The translations under genes and the position numbers were made by a program. DNA of 64,000 nt from positions 256,001-320,000 of the forward strand of contig CAVSGI010000027.1 of NCBI GenBank assembly GCA_963727445.1, in the 5' to 3' direction. The DNA comes from an uncultured delta proteobacterium (lineage in GTDB: Bacteria > Myxococcota_A > Polyangia > Polyangiales > B10-G4). Under the pieces are notes generated by a model. That model had not been told where the DNA came from. It did not search any database and saw only the letters and a program-made list of their open reading frames with translations. How positions within the stretch are numbered: the first letter of the stretch is position 1; the number at the start of each line of letters is the position of its first letter. Of this stretch, positions 56,965 to 64,000 are shown in pieces.

Positions 56965-59337
56965 GTGACACGCTCTTCTGTCGCCCTCTTCCTGCTCTTG
57001 TCCCTCGCCGCCTGCGATTGCTCCAATCCGCCCGGTGCCGGCGACGCGGGTGACGGCGGAGACGCCGGTGATGCCGGAGGCGACGCGAGCGACTCCTCGC
57101 CCGCCGACTCGTCGACGGACGGCCCCGGGCCCGATGCGGGCGACTCGGGCGCGTGCAGCCCCGCCTGCACCGGCACCATGCGCTGCCGCTTCGGCACCTG
57201 CGTCCCCGACCTCGGGACCTGCACCACCTACGACGACTGCCCCGGCGATTCGTACTGCAGCGCCGACGGCGAGTGCCTGCCCTACGGCGTGCCGCCGGAC
57301 GTGATCAACGACCCCGACTGCCAGCGCTCCGACGTCCTCGAGGACGTCCTGCCCACGCTCCAGTGCGAATGGACCGCGCCCGACGCGGGCGATCCCAACC
57401 CCGCCTCGGCGATGATCTACACGGCGCCCATCGTCGCGGACCTGAACCTCGATGAGGATCCCGGGCGTCTTCAGCCGTCGATCATCGCGACGACCTGGTA
57501 TCAGGACTCGTCGCTCTCGGCGCGCATCGGCACCCTGCGTGTCTTCGACGGACGCACCTGTGAAGAGCAGCTGTCGTTCGGCGGCGCGGGCGAGCCAGAC
57601 GATTCGAACCGCCCCGGCTACGGCACGCAGTGGGCGGTGATCGACCTCGACGGCGATGTGCCGAGCGGCGGACGGCCCGAGCTCGTGGGTCTTCACCGCA
57701 CGAGCGGCTCGGGCAACGGGGTACCGCTCAACCTCTATGCCGTCGGCATCACGGTCAGCGGCGGCGTCCCCAGCGCGAGCCGCCTGTGGTACGGGCGCGA
57801 CTGCACCACCGATACGCCCATCGACTTCGCGACGAACAGCGCGAACTTCGGCCCGGGCGTCTTCGACCTCGACGACGACGGCGATCCCGAGATCCTGATC
57901 GGCACCATGGTCTTCGACCACGAGGGGTGCCTCCAGAACGCCTTCGAAGAGGTCACCTATATCACCCACGGCCAGATGAACACCGCGGCCGACGTGGACC
58001 TCGACGGACGCGTCGAGCTGATCACCGGCACGCGCATCGCCGAGTGGGATCCCGCCACCACCGAGTGGGTGGACGAGAGCTACTTCACGGCCGACCCAGC
58101 GTCGCGCACCGGGCACGTCGCGGTGGCGGACCTGGGCCAGTACTCGGCGCTCCCCGGCATGCCGACGCCGAACAATCTGCCGGAGATCATCATCGTCTCC
58201 GCCGAGACCAACGACTACGACCCGAGCACCACCGGCACGATTCGCGTGCACAGCCTCGACGGGACGCTGATCTTCGGGCCCATCGAGCTGCACCACTCCG
58301 TCGGCGTGGAGGGCGGACACGGCGGAGCGCCAACGGCGAGCGACTTCGACGGCGACGGACAGGTGGAGTTCGCCGCCGCGGCGAACGAGTTCTACACGGT
58401 CTACGATCCCGACTGCGACGCCACGCCGGCGGTGGAGCTCGCCGAGCGCCCGGGCGGCACCTGCGCCCGGTCCGCGACGATGACCGGGCTGCCCGAGGGC
58501 GTGCTCTGGGCGCAGCCCTCCCTCGACTTCTCCTCGAGCGGCACCGGGTCGAGCGTCTTCGACTTCAACGGCGACGGGCGCGCCGAAGCGGTCTACGGCG
58601 ACGAGTGCTATCTGCGCGTCTACGACGGCGCCGACGGCACCGTCCTCTTCAGCTCCCCGGCGTCGAGCGGCACCGGCTTCGAGCTGCCTGTCATCGCGGA
58701 CGTGGACGGCGACTTCGCGACCGAGATCGTCGCCGCGCGCACGCTCAAGACCGGCTGCCCGTCGATGGATCCCATCTTCAGCGGCGGCGATCCCTTCGTA
58801 CAGAAGAACGGCTTCATGATCCTGCGCGACCCCGAGGACCGATGGGCGTCGTCGCGCCCCATCTGGAACCAGCACGCCTACTCGGTCACCCACGTCACCG
58901 ACGATGGGCAGGTGGTGCGCACCAGCAGCTGGGATCAGAACTGGACGGTGGAGGGCCTGAACAACTTCCGCCAGAACGTCCAGGGCGACCTCGGCGTCCT
59001 CAACATCGCAGACCTCACCGTGGTCTTCTTCGAGGTCGACCGCATCTGCGATGCGACCCTGCCCGCCGACCTCGACCTCTCCGCCCGCGTCTGCAACCGC
59101 GGCACCAACCCCGTCGGCGACGGCGTCACCGTGCGCTTCAGCGAGCTGGGCTCCCTGGTCTGCGAGACCGTCACCACCCGCCTGCTCGCGCCCGGCGAGT
59201 GCGAGGAGATCGGCTGCAGCGGCACGGTCACCTCCGCCGACGACCTGCTGGTCACCGTCGACCCCGACGACGAGGTCGCGGACTGCCACCCCGGCAACGA
59301 CGAAGGCGCCCCCGCCGCCGCCTTCTGCCTGATTTGA
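56965..59337 (+). CDS. FG-GAP/VCBS-repeat lipoprotein with a CARDB-like C-terminus
   Basis: Lipobox LAAC; repeated DxDGDG motifs; SRPIWNQHAYSVT; VDPD..DC..GND. Confidence 0.85.
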   Translation: MTRSSVALFLLLSLAACDCSNPPGAGDAGDGGDAGDAGGDASDSSPADSSTDGPGPDAGDSGACSPACTGTMRCRFGTCVPDLGTCTTYDDCPGDSYCSADGECLPYGVPPDVINDPDCQRSDVLEDVLPTLQCEWTAPDAGDPNPASAMIYTAPIVADLNLDEDPGRLQPSIIATTWYQDSSLSARIGTLRVFDGRTCEEQLSFGGAGEPDDSNRPGYGTQWAVIDLDGDVPSGGRPELVGLHRTSGSGNGVPLNLYAVGITVSGGVPSASRLWYGRDCTTDTPIDFATNSANFGPGVFDLDDDGDPEILIGTMVFDHEGCLQNAFEEVTYITHGQMNTAADVDLDGRVELITGTRIAEWDPATTEWVDESYFTADPASRTGHVAVADLGQYSALPGMPTPNNLPEIIIVSAETNDYDPSTTGTIRVHSLDGTLIFGPIELHHSVGVEGGHGGAPTASDFDGDGQVEFAAAANEFYTVYDPDCDATPAVELAERPGGTCARSATMTGLPEGVLWAQPSLDFSSSGTGSSVFDFNGDGRAEAVYGDECYLRVYDGADGTVLFSSPASSGTGFELPVIADVDGDFATEIVAARTLKTGCPSMDPIFSGGDPFVQKNGFMILRDPEDRWASSRPIWNQHAYSVTHVTDDGQVVRTSSWDQNWTVEGLNNFRQNVQGDLGVLNIADLTVVFFEVDRICDATLPADLDLSARVCNRGTNPVGDGVTVRFSELGSLVCETVTTRLLAPGECEEIGCSGTVTSADDLLVTVDPDDEVADCHPGNDEGAPAAAFCLI

Positions 59338-59459
59338 TATCGACCCGCCCACCCTCCCCGAGGGGACACCCCTCGGGAGCACCCCGCGGCGCCTCGCTGT
59401 CGCTCGACGCCGGCTCGCTCCGCTCGCATTTCACGGGGTGACAGCGAGGGTGACGGACC

Positions 59460-60827
59460 TCAGAAGACGGCTTCGAGGGCCTGCTCGAGGGTCGAGACGG
59501 GGATGAGCTCGGCGCCCTTCTTCTCGCTCTTCGTGAGGCGCTCGGCGTTGCCTCTGGGGAGCACGACGCGGCTGAAGCCCATCTTCACGGCCTCGCTCAC
59601 CCGCGGGCCCGGCCGCGGGACGGCGCGCACCTCGCCCGCGAGCCCGATCTCTCCGAAGGCTGCGACCCGATCGTCGACGGCGCGCTCGCGCAGGCTCGAC
59701 ACGACCGCGAGCGCCAGACCCAGGTCCATCGCCCGCTCGTCCACCCGCGCGCCGCCGGCGACGCTCACGAAGACGTCGCGGTCGAGGACGTGGATGTCCG
59801 CCTTGCGCTCGATCACCGCGAGGAGGATGGCCAGACGGTTGGCGTCCACCCCGCTCGCCACCCGGCGCGCGGCGCCGTAGACCGCGGGCGCCACCAGCGC
59901 CTGCACCTCGACCAGGAGCGGCCGGCTCCCCTCCGCAGTCGGCACCACCAGCGAGCCCGCCGACGCCTCGGGGCGCTCCGCCAGAAAGAGCGCGCTCGGA
60001 TCCGGCACCTCGCGCAGACCTTCGCGCACCATCTCGAAGACACCCATCTCGTGGGTCGGCCCGAAGCGATTCTTCGTCGAGCGCACGATGCGAAAGGCGT
60101 GGCTCCGATCGCCCTCGAAGGCGAGCACGGTGTCGACCAGGTGCTCGAGCATCTTCGGCCCCGCGAGCGCCCCCTCCTTGGTCACGTGGCCGATCAGGAA
60201 GAGCGCGATTCCGTCGCGCTTCGCGATCTCGATCAAGCGCGCGGAGACCTCACGCAGCTGCGTGACGCTCCCGGCGCTCGACTCGACGTCGCGGCTCCGC
60301 ACCGTCTGGATCGAATCGATCACCGCAACGTGGGGATGCGCATCGCGCAGCGCCGACTCCACGTCATCGAGCTCCGTCGTCGCCAGGATGCGAACGTCGC
60401 GCATCCCCGCGCCGCCAATCCGCTCGCCGCGCATCGCGACCTGGGACGCCGACTCCTCCCCCGTGGCGTACACCACCGTCCGGCCCGCCGCGGCCAACGC
60501 CGCCAGGGCCTGCATCAGGAGCGTGGACTTGCCGATCCCCGGGTCGCCCCCGAGGAGCGTCACGCCGCCGGCGACCGCCCCGCCGCCCAGCACTCGGTCG
60601 AGCTCACCGATCCCCGTCGGCAACCGCCGCGCGGAATCGGACTCGACGTCGCCCAGCGCCACAGCCGTGGCGCGCGCCCCGCCCCTGCCGCCGCCCTTTC
60701 GGACGACCTTCGTCTCCTCGGCGATGGTGTTCCACTCGCCGCACTCGGGACAGCGCCCGAGCCATCGCGCCGCCGTCGCCCCGCACGCCGTGCAGGCGTA
60801 CACCGTCTTCTCTTTCCGCTTCGCCAT
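59460..60827 (-). CDS. radA: DNA repair protein RadA/Sms
   Basis: C4 zinc finger (CTACG..CPECGEWN), GDPGIGKSTL, KNRFG. Confidence 0.96.
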   Translation of the reverse strand: MAKRKEKTVYACTACGATAARWLGRCPECGEWNTIAEETKVVRKGGGRGGARATAVALGDVESDSARRLPTGIGELDRVLGGGAVAGGVTLLGGDPGIGKSTLLMQALAALAAAGRTVVYATGEESASQVAMRGERIGGAGMRDVRILATTELDDVESALRDAHPHVAVIDSIQTVRSRDVESSAGSVTQLREVSARLIEIAKRDGIALFLIGHVTKEGALAGPKMLEHLVDTVLAFEGDRSHAFRIVRSTKNRFGPTHEMGVFEMVREGLREVPDPSALFLAERPEASAGSLVVPTAEGSRPLLVEVQALVAPAVYGAARRVASGVDANRLAILLAVIERKADIHVLDRDVFVSVAGGARVDERAMDLGLALAVVSSLRERAVDDRVAAFGEIGLAGEVRAVPRPGPRVSEAVKMGFSRVVLPRGNAERLTKSEKKGAELIPVSTLEQALEAVF

Positions 60828-60879
60828 GGTCCGTTATCGGTGAGACGGCCCCTGGGTTGCGGAACTGACGGCTGACGCC

Positions 60880-62896
60880 TCAGTACTGGATGCCGAGGAT
60901 CAAACGGACGATCTGGGCGTTCGAAAGCGAGTTGTTGGTGTGGAGACGGTCCCCGGCGATGTAGCCGAGGCCGTCGAGGGGGAAGAGGATCCCGTACTGC
61001 AAGAGGGCGTGGAACCCGTCCATCAGCTCGGGGCCGTCCTCCGAGCGGTAGTAGATCGACGCGTTGATCTCGACGCCGAGGTTGGGGTCGTTGCCCCAGG
61101 CCTGACGCGGCTGGCTCGCCCGCGAGTAGATGAGGTCCGCGCGCGCGCCGAGGAGCTGGCCGAAGGCGTTGCGGATGAAGTCGTAGCTGAGCCCGGGCTT
61201 GAAGTAGTAGGCGCCGGCGATCTGCGTGAGGATGTTACGGAAGAGGATGAGGTCGATGCGGTAGTTGGGGTGCATGCGGAACGTGGTGATGTTCTTGTCC
61301 GCCATCCCCGCCGCGTCCTGCTGCGTCGGCAGACCGGAGGTCACCGCCAGCCCATTGACGTCGGGGTCACCGCTGGCGTAACCGCCCGCGTAGTAGATGC
61401 CCAGCTGGTCGTTCAGGAGCCGATACTCCGCTTCGAGGACGACCGCGCCCTGCATCAGGCTGTAGTTGTCCTTCACGTAGCTGTCGTTCTCGATGTTCTC
61501 GATGGAGCCGATGATCATCGCGGCCTCGGCCTCCACGCGGAGCGTTCCGTACTTGAGCTGGAACCAGAGGTCGGGGATGAAGGCCTCCGCCTGGCGGCGC
61601 TGAAAGAGCGCAGTCCCGGTGCTCGCGTCCGGGGGTCGCGAGTAGGGATCGGAGATGCCCGCGCTGGTCAGGCTCTGGTTGCGGTAGACGAAGTACGCGC
61701 CGCCGTTGACGACCGCACCGCCCCTCTGAAGCGTGTCGGCCTGCTCCTCCTCGCTCATGCGTCGCGCCGCGGCGAAGACGAACTGGTTGATGTCGTCGTT
61801 CTGGTTGGTGTCGTACGGGATCTGCAGCAGAATCGAGGCGGTTCTGCTCGATGATGCCCTCGCCCGCGAAGTCCCAGGCCGCGACCCAGTAGATGCCGAT
61901 CAGCTTGGTGATCAACATGATGCGGTCGACGTCCGTCTGCCAGTCCGAGTCGATGCCGTCGCCGCCGTTGGCGAGCATGCCGAGACCCCACTGGCTGCCC
62001 ATGCGACCGAAGCGGAGCTGGCCGAGGCCGCGGTTGGTCACCTCACCCCAGGCGCGCCGCACGTGCACCGCCGATTGAAGCGAGTTGCGGCCGACCGTCG
62101 GAGAGACCTGCGTCGCCGCGAAGGTGTCGAGGGGCACGCGCGGGGTGCGGGCCTGGCGCTCGTAGACCGAAGGCGCGGTGCTCGAAGCCGCCGTCACGAA
62201 ACCGTCCGGCGTCGAACCGAGCACCAGGTTGTCGAGAAGGTCGACCTGCATGTGCACCTTCACGTCGTCGGAGAGCGCGATGGTCGGCTCGAGACGCAGG
62301 CGCATGTTCGCGAAGGCGAGCGTCCCGGAGTTGGAGCACGGCGCCATCGAATCGGGGGAGCCGGAGCCGGTGCACCCGCCGCCGACCGCACCGTTGCGCG
62401 TCGGCGGACGAAAGTTCGAAAAGGGCGGGTCGGCTTCCGGCGTGGTGCCGCCCATGCCGTCGTTCAGGCCGCGACCCAGCCAGAAGGTATCCATGAGCTG
62501 GGGACGCACGCGGTAGTAGCCGTGGAGGGTGACGGCGGGCTGGGGCGCGCCCCAGGTGCCCTGGGTCGGATCGCTCGAAGGAGGCGCACCCTCCTCGAGG
62601 CGCGAGAGCGCGTCGCCGGGATCGGGGAGCTCCTCCTCCTCGGTGACCTCCTCTTCCTCGACCTCTTCGTCTTCGGGCAGCTCGACGTCCAGGGGCTCGA
62701 CCGTGGGCGGGCGAAGGCGCACCTCGCCCTCGTCCCCCTCTTCCTCTTCCTCTTCTTCGTCTTCCCCTTGGGCCGTATCCCCCTCCGCGTCAGGGGTCTC
62801 CTCGGCCTCTTCCTCCTCGGTCGGAGGCTGGCCCAGGGCGCTCATCGGCATGGCCAAAAGTGCGAAAACAGTCGTAAAAAAGACGCAACGGCGCAT
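60880..62896 (-). CDS. Myxobacterial outer-membrane beta-barrel protein (TIGR04551-like); frameshift at ~61831
   Basis: HGYYRVR, ANMRLRLEP, DLLDNLVLGSTP, GRMGSQWGLGMLANGG, HPNYRIDLILFR; ORFs join on removing one base. Confidence 0.72.
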
Positions 62897-62987
62897 TTCC
62901 CCGCTCCTGGGCCCACGGGGGCTGATTCCCCGCGGCGCCCGGTGGTTATCACGGCATCCCCCCTAAAGAAACCGCTATCTTGCGCGG

Positions 62988-64000
62988 GTGAGCCCTTCCC
63001 TCCGACTCGTCGCCTTGGGCGGCCTGGGCGAGATTGGAATGAACTGCATGGCCCTCGAATCCGGGGGTGATGTGATGGTCATCGACTGCGGTGTGACCTT
63101 CCCCGACGGTCTGCCTGGGGTCGACGTGATCCACCCGGACTTCCGCTGGCTCGCCGCCCGTCGCGATCGCCTCCGCGGCATCGTCATCACCCACGGGCAC
63201 GAGGACCACATCGGGGCCCTGCCCTATCTATTGAAGGTGGCCCCCGCCCCCGTCCACGCCCCGCGCTACGCCCTCGCCCTGATCGAGCGCCGCCTCGAAG
63301 AGCACGAGGACCTGCCCGCCATCCCCCTCTGTCCCACCCGCCCTGGCGCACGCTTCGACGTCGGCCCCTTCGGCGTCGAGCCCGTGCGGGTGACACACTC
63401 GATCGTGGACGCGACCGCGCTCATTCTCGATACCCCCGTCGGCCAGGTGATCCACACCGGCGACTTCAAGATCGATCCCGAGCCTCCCGATGGCGAGCAC
63501 TTCGACACCGAGCGGCTCCGCGCCGCGGGCGACGCCGGGGTGCGGCTGCTGATGAGCGACTCCACCAACGCCTGGGTGCCGGGCGAGACGGGGAGTGAGA
63601 AGAGCGCGCACGACGCGCTCGAGGCCCTCGTCGCCGGCGCCGGGGGTCGCGTGGTGGTCGCTCTCTTCGCCTCCAACAACCACCGCCTTCGCTCGCTCTT
63701 CCAGATCGCCCGGGCGCACGACCGTCGTGTGCTCCTCCTCGGCCGCTCCCTGCACCGCCACTTCGAGGTCGCGCGGGAGACGGGCTACCTCGCGGACCCG
63801 GGCTCGCTCCTGGTCGGTGAGCGCGACGCGCGTGATCTGCCGCCGAGCCACCTGATGGTGCTCGCCACCGGAACCCAGGGCGAGCCTCCCGCCGCGCTGG
63901 CGCGCCTCGCCGAGGATCGGCATCCAGCGCTCAGCCTCGACGAAGGAGACATGGCCATCCTCTCGTCGCGCATCATCCCCGGCAACGAAAAGCGCGTGTA
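62988..64000 (+). CDS. rnj: Ribonuclease J (runs off the window)
   Basis: Manual translation LVALGGLGEIGMNC..IDCG..THGHEDHIGALP..HTGDFKID..SDSTN..TGTQGEP..IPGNE. Confidence 0.93.
   Translation, partial: MSPSLRLVALGGLGEIGMNCMALESGGDVMVIDCGVTFPDGLPGVDVIHPDFRWLAARRDRLRGIVITHGHEDHIGALPYLLKVAPAPVHAPRYALALIERRLEEHEDLPAIPLCPTRPGARFDVGPFGVEPVRVTHSIVDATALILDTPVGQVIHTGDFKIDPEPPDGEHFDTERLRAAGDAGVRLLMSDSTNAWVPGETGSEKSAHDALEALVAGAGGRVVVALFASNNHRLRSLFQIARAHDRRVLLLGRSLHRHFEVARETGYLADPGSLLVGERDARDLPPSHLMVLATGTQGEPPAALARLAEDRHPALSLDEGDMAILSSRIIPGNEKRV

Noticed and set aside
59340..59430. Possible REP-like element or terminator between the FG-GAP gene and radA
   Set aside because: A hairpin (CCCGAGGGG-ACA-CCCCTCGGG) is present but single-copy here, so its class cannot be assigned.

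Overview
High-GC window, most likely from a myxobacterium (Polyangiales-like), judged from gene content: TIGR02266 PilZ, TIGR04551-like barrel, Ser/Thr kinases and a Haliangium-type microcompartment. In order it carries the 5' end of meaB, tRNA-Val(CAC), a multi-S1 protein, an ECF sigma/membrane protein/kinase operon, a five-gene BMC operon, a globin-coupled stressosome with two-component genes, prfB (programmed +1 frameshift)-lysS-lolC/E-lolD-bamA, amidase-skp-fabZ-tolC-mlaC, yicC-gmk, mscS, an atypical OmpR regulator divergent from a tonB-exbB-exbD-exbD-TBDT-lipoprotein operon, radA and the 5' part of rnj. The most unusual part is a ~2.3-kb block after bamA (33140-35430). It holds two convergent, divergent-sequence four-helix-bundle (23S IVP/Avd-like) genes, each with a long perfect hairpin over its translation start, plus a 12x51-bp triple-hairpin array, three copies of a 95-bp structured element and (GGGARC)n tracts. 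A separate ~104-bp structured repeat family shows compensatory changes between two loci. Five genes are broken by single-base insertions, probably sequencing errors. Family assignments come from motif recognition only; no searches were run.
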